NCBI GenBank assembly: GCA_020137815.1
Contig: CM035353.1
Span: 1,426,001-1,490,000, forward strand
Source of the DNA: Hormiphora californensis
Lineage: Eukaryota; Animalia; Ctenophora
DNA length: 64,000 bases
Direction: 5' to 3'
Position 1 is the stretch's first letter; every line of letters starts with the position of its first letter. A program made the translations under genes and the position numbers. The notes under the pieces were generated by a model. It was not told the DNA's origin, did no database searches, and saw only the letters and a list, made by a program, of their open reading frames with translations. Positions 26,769 to 54,400 of this stretch are shown piece by piece.

Positions 26769-27773
26769 ATGGCTTTGGAGGACACCCTATATCAACTGTA
26801 CACCATACTCTCTACAAAGCCCATCCTTGACTCCATATCCATACTTCACATTGATGAGCCAATTGTATTGGAGTATGGACACTTGGGGATTAATGCAACC
26901 ACCTTCAAAGGCTTGTGCCTGTACGCGGTCGAGCGGTTTGACAAGTACGTCAATTGTAATCAAATGCAAACCCATCTCGACATGTTATCTGCTGTACTTA
27001 TTCTTCTAAATCCGGATGATTCCCGGTTTTGGATTTACAGGAGACGTAAAATAAAGAGATCCCCGATATCGACAACTGACGGATTAAAGTCAGAACTGTG
27101 GTTTGCGGAGCACCCAGTCAAGGTGAAGCCCAAGTCTGGGGAACCCTTTCAACATTGTAGGTGGCTACTCCAGGAGCATAACCACCTCGTTACCTCTGGG
27201 ATTATTGAGACCCAACTACACCTGTGTCAGAGAGCTTCCAGTGCGTATCCCAAAAACTACTACAGTTGGAATCACAGGCTGTGGTTGCTAAAAAACTTTG
27301 GGAGTTTCATGGACCTTGAGGGAGAGCTGAAATGGAGCACTGGCTGGGTTAAGATGCACGTGAGTGATTTTTCAGGGCTCAACTATAGATTTAACCTTAT
27401 CACCAACTTAAACTACCCAACATCATCCACCAAGACAAGCGAGGAATGGACAACATCGACTGGTGTTAAAAGTACCAGTATAAAAAGTACTGACTTTTCT
27501 ACGGTAGTTCTGGGAAGTTCCGCTCGGAAAAGACTATCCCAGGTAGCCGTGACGGAGATCATCTGGATATGTGATTTGGTGGCCTTCTACCCAGATCGGC
27601 CTGCCCTGTGGTCGTACTTAAAAATGATGATTCTGTACTGCGACACAAACAAGTTTGACTATGCCAAACGGTGCAGGAAACAAATACAGACAGTTCAGAA
27701 AATCAAAAACAAGCATTCAGAGGCATTTAGGGACACGGCGATTATTTCGAGTTTATTTGGGATTGGTTTGTAG
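26769..27773 (+). CDS. PTAR1: Protein prenyltransferase alpha-subunit repeat protein, single exon
   Basis: LILLNPDDSRFWIYRRR, KPKSGEPFQHCRWLL, YPKNYYSWNHRLWLL, WVKMHVSDFSGLNYR and YPDRPALWSY are PPTA repeats of the PTAR1 type. Confidence 0.85.
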   Translation: MALEDTLYQLYTILSTKPILDSISILHIDEPIVLEYGHLGINATTFKGLCLYAVERFDKYVNCNQMQTHLDMLSAVLILLNPDDSRFWIYRRRKIKRSPISTTDGLKSELWFAEHPVKVKPKSGEPFQHCRWLLQEHNHLVTSGIIETQLHLCQRASSAYPKNYYSWNHRLWLLKNFGSFMDLEGELKWSTGWVKMHVSDFSGLNYRFNLITNLNYPTSSTKTSEEWTTSTGVKSTSIKSTDFSTVVLGSSARKRLSQVAVTEIIWICDLVAFYPDRPALWSYLKMMILYCDTNKFDYAKRCRKQIQTVQKIKNKHSEAFRDTAIISSLFGIGL

Positions 27774-28065
27774 TAGTACTTTGAGGTGTACCATATGTAT
27801 TATTAGTAGAGAGACAATCAAATCTGAAATCTGCATTAAACATTTGTTGTGTGTGTCTGGAATATGCTGCTGATTTTTGTGTTGAATTTATTGTTAAATT
27901 TCGCTGGTAAAAAACATTCATAAGAAATGTACTCTAAATAATTCACGACAAACAAAAGCAAACACTAATTTAATAGTACGACTGGCACGTTAAACAGTTG
28001 GTTCATACTATGCTGACATATTGGCAAAGAGTTAGAATCCTATACTAACAATATTATATCAGAGT

Positions 28066-29335
28066 ATGTTAGCTGCTACAGAATCAATGGAATCCACGGA
28101 AGTTCCACCAACACTGAATGTTGATGAGCTTCTGGACAGCGCAGAACGATCTACCAAGGTAGGTTGTTGTTGTTGTTGTTGTTATATTCTAACCCTGGCA
28201 AGTGTTTTCTTTGCCTAGCTAGACTCTGTTTCGTGCGCCCCGCCCGCGAAACGCCCTTCTTTACAAATGTAAAGGAGGGTTTGAAGAGAACATAATATAA
28301 CAATGTTTTCTGCGGATTCTGAACGTGTAACCCACTTCAATGTTTTGAATTGTAATATAAACGTGTGACTCAGGTAGAGAAAGAAATACCTCTTACCCTT
28401 GATGTCGGCAGCCTCGCTGCCTTTGATATATCTGTCATTGATGCGGCAAAGATGGGCGCTGGAAAGGAACGCTCTAAATTTCTCAAGGTAAGTGGTCTTT
28501 TAAAAAGACTGCTTTCCCCCCCCCCCCTGAATGATATAACCAATAAACTACACTGTCCTATGATCTACAGGATGTTCTTTAACGCATCTCAATACCACCA
28601 CATGGTAGAGAGCAGGTCTGTAACTCCCCCCACAATGGTAGAGAGAGAAGTACCGCGATAAACCTCCGCGGAGGCACCCACACCGGAATACATCGGTAGA
28701 GAGAAATACGGCAAAAGAACCTCGACAATACAGGGGCACCGGGCATTACGCCAAAGAAGGCGTGATATTGATACGATCCTGCATTGTCTTTACTAGGAGC
28801 AAGATCTGAACAATGCTACAGGGTGATCAAAGACAGGAAAAGGGAAAGACTAGAACTTAGGCAGGAGAAGCGCTGTCTGATAGCCCGCATTATTCTGGTA
28901 ACGTAGGGACATAAATAGCGGACAAAGTAAAGATAACATACCTTCTGACAGAGTGACCGAAGAGACAGGAAGAAAACGAACTAGGAGGTCTATGACGAGG
29001 AGTTCGTACAGGGTACAGACCAAGATTGCGGATCTTACAACATCGAGGCAGGAGGAACGGAGATAAAGGAACAAGAAGAACTGGGGGGTGTGGAGCGAGT
29101 AGAGGAGGAACAAGATCAGATAAACGCTATTCTAGACAGAGAGCAGAGAGAAGCGACAGACACGAAAGACGAGAAGAAGGAACGGAGCAGAGCGCAGAGA
29201 GATGAGAAGACGCTAAGAGGAGAGAGAGAGAGCTTGATCAGAGAGCATCAGTAGCTGATGAGATCTCTAGCTGCGACAGATAGCGCTGTCTCTAGCTCTT
29301 CTCCTCTCGCTCACTCATACTCTCCGATCTGTCGA

Positions 29336-29371
<36 letters not shown>

Positions 29372-29938
29372 GTCTCTCTTTAGAACAACCCAACCATATT
29401 ATTGTTGCTACGTGATGTTATTTCTTAGGTGCCCGGTAACGGTGATCCCTACAAAGATTGGCTGGGAGAAAAGGAGGACAAGAAGAAGGAGAATGTGGCC
29501 AAGAACGAACTGAAACGTCTTCAAAATGTTTCAAAAGCGGTGAAAGGTCAGTCGGAAGACATCAGTCAGCATGTGAAACAAGTTCACAAATCCACGGCCT
29601 CGCTTGGGAAATTCCAGGAGAAGGTGAAGAATGAGAAGAAAGCGAAGGAGAAGGGGAAGACGAGGAAGTTTGCACCGGTTACGGGCGATAGCACGGGCGA
29701 GAAGGAGAAGAGTCTAGCGCTGATTAGTAAGATTGCCAGTGGTGCGGTCAGTGTGAATAAGGAGAAGGCAGCTAACAAGGAACTGGGAGCAACCATCAAG
29801 AGGAAAAGAGAGGAAGAAGAAAGCAAGAAAAGTAAGAGAAGAAGCAAAATGGGCATCAAAGCACAGACTAATCATTTCGACAAAAAGAAGCGCCAAGTGT
29901 CAAGACCGGGCGGAAAGAGCAAGCCGTCGAGGGATTGA
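28066..29938 (+). CDS. RRS1: Ribosome biogenesis regulatory protein RRS1 (middle exons unreadable)
   Basis: Exon 28374-28487 reads VEKEIPLTLDVGSLAAFD. The last exon 29429-29938 reads DPY..KKENVAKNELKRLQN..STASLGKFQEK..RKF. The region 28500-29350 is garbled and shows only traces of the expected middle. Confidence 0.8.
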
Positions 29939-30234
29939 GATAAAACTTTTCAGGGCTAGTCTGGCAGTGATTTTGTTAATTTATTCAGGTTTTTATGAAA
30001 GGATTCAACTTTTACCATTTAAGGGACCTGTGTTTTAATTCCGCCCTGAATCCTGATCCGTCCTTCACCCCCGGCCCCACTGCTAGTAGGCCCGGCCCCA
30101 TTCAAAGTCAAACACGCTCGTTTCAGGCATTAGGAATTTTAACAGTAATCACGACATCAATGTTAGCAATGTAAGATCATGAAATAGGTAATAGGTGTGT
30201 GAATGTTATGAGTGTGATTGAGAATGTCCGTCAT

Positions 30235-30780
30235 CTAACTGGAACCAAAGTATATTCCTTTCATATAGGCGTGACAATGAATACTCCTACAGCAACCCTT
30301 GTTGGCCTTCTTTACTTTCGTTGTATCCAAATATACAGCACACCGATCCGTATACAGGAATGAACAATCTGAAAACAATTGGAGAGTAGGGGCGATCTTA
30401 TTGGGAATGATCACACCATAATTAGTCAATGCAGGGCGCAGGCTCCCACAACTACATTCTACTACGTATAAGATAGTGTTTTACAAAAAGACTCCGTAGC
30501 CTATGTACATTCTAATTACAAAATGAAGCTACTTACAGTGCTGTGTGTAGGGGGATGTGTCGAACTCAAAGTTTTTGCACTCCTCCCATCCATCCATCAT
30601 CTCATGATAATACTGGAAAAGGGTCGTCAGACAATCAGATAACATGTGTGGATGCTCGGTCTCCAGACAATCGTTATCTGAACCCCTGTCCTCTAGATCT
30701 TCGATAGTAGCTGCATCGCCCAGTGCTCCACCCTCAGCCAAACCGATAACAACCAACAACACGAACGCCTGGACCCTCAT
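30235..30780 (-). CDS. Small secreted cysteine-rich orphan protein, 2 exons
   Basis: Signal peptide MRVQAFVLLVVIGLAEG. Exon 30780-30537, 75-nt GT-AG intron, exon 30461-30235 in frame (LECSCGSLRP..DCSF..RCAV..GCCRSIHCH). TATATAAA lies ~120 bp upstream. Confidence 0.7.
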
Positions 30781-31356
30781 TATGCTAAGAAGGGGAAGGG
30801 TAGTTAAACACAAGTGCATATTATAAGCTGTGTATAGTGCTAACTCTTGGTTTCCAGTCGACAGTTGCACTTCATTCAAAACAACAGGGGTCCAGTTTAT
30901 ATAGATCGCCACCTACCCTAACAGGGCGGGGCTAGACTTGTTTACAACCAATTCAAGTCAGCCATCAAACAGTTACAAGAGCCAATAAAGCCGGTTCAGT
31001 CACGTTTAGATATGCGAACAAAACTACTGTTGCGTAGTTAACAAAAGTTGTTGGGCCACTAGGGGTCTAGCACTCCTGAAGTTCAACATGACAAAAGACA
31101 GTAATTAACCCCTTCCAATATCAAGGCTGTACACATTGTTAGGCTCTTAACTTTATGCTTCCCCTATGTAGCAGCTATCTTTTGTTGTTTTTGTCTATTG
31201 TCTAACCCCTAACAGTTGTCGAGGTAAACAACTAAAGCTAACAGTTACTACATAGAGACCGCATAAGGGACCGTTGTACTGATAAACTACAGACGCTGAT
31301 AGCATTATAATTTGTTATTATATCGTCACGACACGTGAACAGTAATTATTTGACAG

Positions 31357-31462
31357 GGGGGGTTCCCATGGTATACTTTGGTATACTTTGGCACTTTCCA
31401 CAACTTTTTCAGCGATTTTCCATATACCAAAGTATACCAAAGTATACCATGGGAACCCCCCC
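31357..31462. mobile_element. ~105-bp MITE with G-run termini
   Basis: GGGGGGGTTCCCATGGTATACTTTGGTATA...TATACCAAAGTATACCATGGGAACCCCCC. Confidence 0.7.
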
Positions 31463-31674
31463 ATTTGACAGCCCATGGGCGTTGACCCTGTTTGGAGGGC
31501 GTGAGTTTCCCTGAATAGTTTTACTACATCACAATATATTCACATAAATGTCAAATATAGAAAATGAAGGGGGGCTAACTTCTGATAGACAATGAAACAT
31601 TTACAGTCCTTAGCCATGACACGTCAAACAATAGAGTAATAATAATTACAATAGTCAACAATAGAGTAATAATA

Positions 31675-32168
31675 CAGGGTGGGCCAGAAACATGGAGCCA
31701 CTTGGAGATAACTAAGGTGTCAATACAGTCCACTCTCCCATGGACATGAACTACTTATGTGGAAACCAGCTCATGGCCAGGCGCGGCGTGGCCGCCCGTT
31801 ACTAACCTTCCCAGATGTCATATTACAAGACCTGGACGGGGTGTGTGATAACAGTAACGAAATGCTTGAACTTATGTGCAACCGGGATAACTGGAGATCG
31901 TTCATTTACTACTCGACCTCTCCGGCCGCCATAAGTCAAGTAAGTCAGTCTCCCATGTACACTTGACTAGAAAAAGTGTCCCCTGAGGACTTGACTAGAA
32001 AAAGTGTCCCCTGAGGATTGAGATCGACAGAGAGTCACCCTTTCCTAACAATTATCAGCCTGTCAACTGACAGGGTAACACGTTGAAATTTGGATCCGTA
32101 CAATAGAGAGAGGATTGTATTTTTCCAACTTTTATCTCCAAGTGGCTCCATGTTTCTGGCCCACCCTG
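31675..32168. mobile_element. Tc1/mariner-type MITE carrying a 3' fragment of a LINE
   Basis: TA|CAGGGTGGGCCAGAAACATGGAGCCACTTGGAGATAA...TTATCTCCAAGTGGCTCCATGTTTCTGGCCCACCCTG|TA. The internal segment ~31735-31950 encodes WKP..RRGRP..MCNRDNWR and ends in an AAGTC-repeat tail. The same tail recurs at ~51383-51418. Confidence 0.8.
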
Positions 32169-32369
32169 TAATTACAACGGACCAGTCATGGTTAGGCAAC
32201 ATGTTCAAACCAAGCTATGTGAGAAGTCAAATCTGGGTGATGAGCTTAAATCGTGTATGGTTTCAACTTTGGATGTATTGAGAGATCTGTAAAAACAGCA
32301 AATTTGGATAAAAGCACAAGTTTTGTGTGGAGTTGGACTACATGCTTCAGTCACTCGGTCTCTCTCTCG

Positions 32370-32448
<79 letters not shown>

Positions 32449-32927
32449 ATCTCCCTTTCTCCCCCGCTCTCGCTGTGCTGGGCCACCAAGATTACATGAT
32501 CAAGCCACTGTGAAAATATGCTTGCGAAGGAATTTGAGTAGCTCAATCACTTTAACTGTGAACCAATAGTGAACTGTGAACCACAGTGAACGAAGAATAA
32601 ATAGTACCATATATATCACCCTGGCACACGGTACCCACACTCTACTCTTAATTTCATAACCACCATCACCACATGTGAAACTGTGGCGAAACACAGAACT
32701 AAGAAAATGATGCCGAGTGTTATAACAGTGATATAAATGTGGTGCAAGGCACAGTTTATTATACGAACAACGCGGCTGTCTATTCACATTATATTGCGAA
32801 ATATTGTAGATATTACTATAAGGACCCCGCCTTACTTTACATGAGAACTAAACAAAAGGAGAGGGCCTCGGAGAAGTTTCTTACAGTACAGCATATGTTT
32901 TACATATCAAAGACTCTCTCTCGTTGG

Positions 32928-32998
<71 letters not shown>

Positions 32999-33368
32999 TT
33001 TGTCGTTATCTCTCTTTCTTCTCGTTCCCTCTGATTCTTCAAGAATAAATAGTCTAGAGAGATGAAGACTAAAAATCAGGGAGATCATGAAAGCTAAGAG
33101 AACAAAACAAAAGAGAGGGCCAGATTGCACTGCGTTAGAAGTGACGAAAGAAAAAGAGAGATGATGTGTAATGAGATACCTACTCACAGTTCAGGAAAAT
33201 AATTGAGTCTTCCATTGAACAAGAGGTAGCACATGAACTTGTGTGGCAGTGTGTGGGGCGGGGCGGGGCAAGTAGTGAAGTAGATGTACTATATACCTTC
33301 TTTGCCTCATGGGCGTGTTTCCCAATGATTAGTATTCAATATAACAACGAATTGAGTTTTATAGCGCC

Positions 33369-50157
<16,789 letters not shown>

Positions 50158-51444
50158 ATCTGGCCGGATCACCCAGCTACAACTTGATAAATCACCATCT
50201 AAACTTCATTAGTTAATTTATTGTTTAAAAATAAACTATGCTCCCCGCCAGTGTGAGTGGGACAGATTTCACCGTTCTACGTGTGAGTGTGTGTGTGTAA
50301 TTTGTAGGGTCTGTATGTAACTATATGTTGGACATTATAATTGCCAGCCTTTCTTGAATCTTCCTTTGTAGTATGAGAAATATTGTTTCGATTTCATGTA
50401 AACAGGGTACTAAAGGCTGGAGATCGTTATGATATTTTCTGGTTATTATGGTTGCTAACTTGACAATAGTAGTCTTTTAACAAAAAAGTTTGTTTAATTA
50501 TTTCTATATCGACTACAAGACGAACAACATTGAAAAAGTTGAACTGGCTTTTGAAAGGGATTTTGAAAGGAGCTGGGTTTACTCGAGTACTTGTGGTTAA
50601 CATACCCGGGTTCTTTTTTTGTAAGTTGGTTACATATTGTCTTATTATTGCAGCAAGGTTACAGAGTCTGTAACCTTGCTGCAATAATAAGATAAGTGGT
50701 ATTGATTGCCGGTTTCCTTTAAACTACAAATAAGTAGTCTTTATGTGTGGCGGTACAAACCCCATCTGAATAGCTTAAATATGCAATGTAGCGCGCTGCT
50801 ATTTACAAACTGTGCTGCGGAATTACGCGCAGCAGTAAAATTCAAACGCGCGCGAGCGATTTAAAAAAATAAAAATCGGAAGTTTTTTCTAAAAAAATTT
50901 AAATCTTCCGGTCGCGGCGGCGAAAAAATAACAAACAGCAAACTCTGTGGATTTCGCTCCCGAGACCCATCCAGGAGTCGAATGTCGATCCATCTTGACG
51001 TGCACAGTGTACACATTGCACACATTCTCAATCGGCGGATTTTTACGTGCGCACGTCGAATTTTACAAAAATTAAAAAAGTTTATCTCAGGGGCGGTTTG
51101 CCTGGCTAGACTGTGTAAAGGGAGGGTTAGAACATAGCAAGGGGCGGTGCCTTCTACGTCAAAAAAGAAAAATATCACAAATGTACGAATTTGGGGTGAA
51201 AAGTTGAAGAAACAAGGACTAGAGGCTCTTGAAGATGGTCTGCCGGCTGCGTCTCCATTATCCAAAACTAGAATTTTGAATCTGACTTCTGAGAACACGA
51301 CGCCGTTGTGATAAAGACGCAACAAAATATTTGTTGAGAAGCCAGTATGTTCATTTGCATTGGTAACTTCCCTAATGTTCATTACTACTCGACCTCTCCG
51401 GCCGCCTTAAGTCAAGTCTAATTTATGATACTTTCCCCATAGGA

Positions 51445-54400
51445 ATGGGAGATGCAGAAGTTGTTATAGGACCACCGAGTAAATTTGAGAATGCTGTCAA
51501 CAAACTATTCAACAACCTCTACGTGAAACCCCTTGGAACGTTTATATACCTCATATGCCTTACGATAATCATCATCATAATCAGTTCTCTCGCCTTCGTA
51601 ATTCACCCCATTGAGATAGACTTTTCTCTGAGCTCCTTGATAGTTCCGACCCATCATGCATCCATCAAGTTACAGAGTTACCTGGCCGCCAAACACGCCA
51701 TGGCTAATGGCATGGATGAGGGTACCTTCATCAGGACAGAGAGCAACGAGAGCAACTTCAGAATGCAGCGCTCCTACTCTCCCAACCCATTCCGGTCGCC
51801 GCCGGGTCTGACTTTTCAGACACCCTACTCCCAGATGAATTTGTACCCTTTCTGGACACTGGATATTGTCTTCTTTGCGACTGGTAACAATAGTAACATG
51901 CTAACGGAGGACAGGGTCCAGTATGTCAAGTATGTGGAACAGGAGATAACTCAACACAAGGACTATGGCAGGTATGTGATTTGTGTTAATTGGGGGTTAG
52001 GGTAACCTAAATTTCTGTGACTTTCCGACTTCCACCTTACCATCGTCTTTCTCGTCTCTCTCTTACTCTCTGATGCATGTGATATAATGTTTTTGCTCGT
52101 CATCTATCATCGCAGAAAAGAGTGGGGTGGGGTTACATATTAACTCAACGAGAGCTATGCAATATATTATGGGATGATAGTCACCAGAGGAATGAATGAT
52201 TTGATGTTTCTCACAATCTTCCTCTCTCAGATTCTGCGTTTCTCACAATTATGTCTGATGACGACATCCCAGACGTACCCCGGCCCATGATATAGTAACC
52301 ATGGTAACCCCCTCCATATAGTAACCATGGTAACCCCCCTCCATATATTAGTAACCATGGTAACCCCCCTCCATATATTAGTAACCATGGTAACCCCCCT
52401 CCATATATTAGTAACCATGGTAACCATGGTAACCATGGTAACCAAGTTTCTCACAATATTCCTCTCTCTCAGATTCTGTCTGATGACGAGATCCCAGACA
52501 TACAGCGAGGGATGGCAATGTACCCCGGCAAACTCGATCACAACATACTTCTACCCAAGCATTCTCAACGGGGAACGGGTCTTTGATGGAAATGGACCAC
52601 GGTCAAAAGACTCCATGAGAGATGTACTGCGGTAAGAGCAGTTTCGATTGTATGAGCTGTATATCTATCTCACTAGATATAATTCCACGTCAGATACAAT
52701 ACATTCGAATTATATATACTGAACTAAGTTCACACCCCAAGGTACGCTTTCTCTGTCTCCTCCAAATCGTACTGGTTTGTCGATGAAGACTTCACACCCA
52801 CCAACATGCGATCGGGGCACCTCCGCTCCCAGTTCCTCTTTGGTTTCCCTATCAAGGGATACCGGGACTGGGGTCAGACACGGGAGGAGCAGAGGGAACT
52901 GTATAAAGACTTCATTAAGAGTTACATACCATTACTTGATAAGAAGTCGACTGATACTGTGAAGGTCTACTACGGGTCTACAGATCTATACGATTATCAG
53001 GTGACTATTAGCTGGGTCTACCGATCTATACGATTATCAGGTGAGTCACGTGACTATTAGCTGGGTCTACCGATCTATACGATTATCAGGTGACTATTAG
53101 CTGGGTCTACCGATCTATACGATTATCAGGTGATTATTAGCTGGGTCTACCGATCTATACGATTATCAGGTGACTATTAGCTGGGTCTACTGATCTATAC
53201 GATTATCAGGTGATTAATAGAATGTGTTCATACTATTCTTCTACTCTATGCTTCTCTTTCTTTATCTTTCTTTCTATTCCTTTCTCTTTCTTGTTATTTC
53301 TTTTATTTCTCTTTCTTTCCCTTTATTTCTCTCCATCTACCCCCCCCCCTCCTCCAGGCATATTCCTTGTTTTGTGAGGATCTGAAGCTGGCAATAGTGG
53401 CACTGGTTATTGTCTACATCTATATGAGTATCCACACATTCTCCCTCATACTGGCCCTCTTCGCGGGGGCCTGCATCCTAGGAAGCATAGGAGTAAGGTA
53501 AGGGTGATCTCCGACATTCATTATTAGTAATGAACTATAATGAGTTTTTCCTGGCATATCGATGTCTGCCTGACCCCACATGAAAGTCGATGTGTATTGT
53601 TACAATTTTAATTCTCTCAGTTACTTTGTGGTCCGGGTGATAATAACAGCATTTAATTCTCAGTTACTTTGTGGTCCGTGTGATAATAACAGCATTTAAT
53701 TCTCAGTTACTTTGTGGTCCGTGTGATAATAACAGCATTTAATTCTCAGTTACTTTGTGGTTCGTTTGATAATAACAGCATTTAATTCTCAGTTACTTTG
53801 TGGTTCGTTTGATAATAACAGCATTTAATTCTCAGTTACTTTGTGGTTCGTTTGATAATAACAGCATTTAATTCTCAGTTACTTTGTGGTTCGTTTGATA
53901 ATAACAGCATTTAATTCTCAGTTACTTTGTGGTTCGTTTGATAATAACAGCATTTAATTCTCAGTTACTTTGTGGTTCGTTTGATAATAACAGCATTTAA
54001 TTCTCAGTTACTTTGTGGTTCGTTTGATAATAACAGCATTTAATTCTCAGTTACTTTGTGGTTCGTTTGATAATAACAGCATTTAATTCTCAGTTACTTT
54101 GTGGTTCGTTTGATAATAACAGCATTTAATTCTCAGTTACTTTGTGGTTCGTTTGATAATAACAGCATTTAATTCTCAGTTACTTTGTGGTTCGTTTGAT
54201 AATAACAGCATTTAATTCTCAGTTACTTTGTGGTTCGTTTGATAATAACAGCATTTAATTCTCAGTTACTTTGTGGTCCGTGTGATAATAACAGCATTTA
54301 ATTCTCAGTTACTTTGTGGTTCGTTTGATAATAACAGCATTTAATTCTCAGTTACTTTGTGGTTCGTTTGATAATAACAGCATTTAATTCTCAGTTACTT

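Noticed and set aside
28500-29350. RRS1 pseudogenisation or a novel insert
   Set aside because: The sequence looks like indel-rich uncorrected read next to GA/TC tracts. Flanking exons are intact, so assembly error is more likely than biology.
50861-51382. 173-aa minus-strand ORF upstream of the Dispatched-like gene
   Set aside because: No recognisable motifs, and it overlaps a promoter-like region and a LINE tail; treated as spurious.
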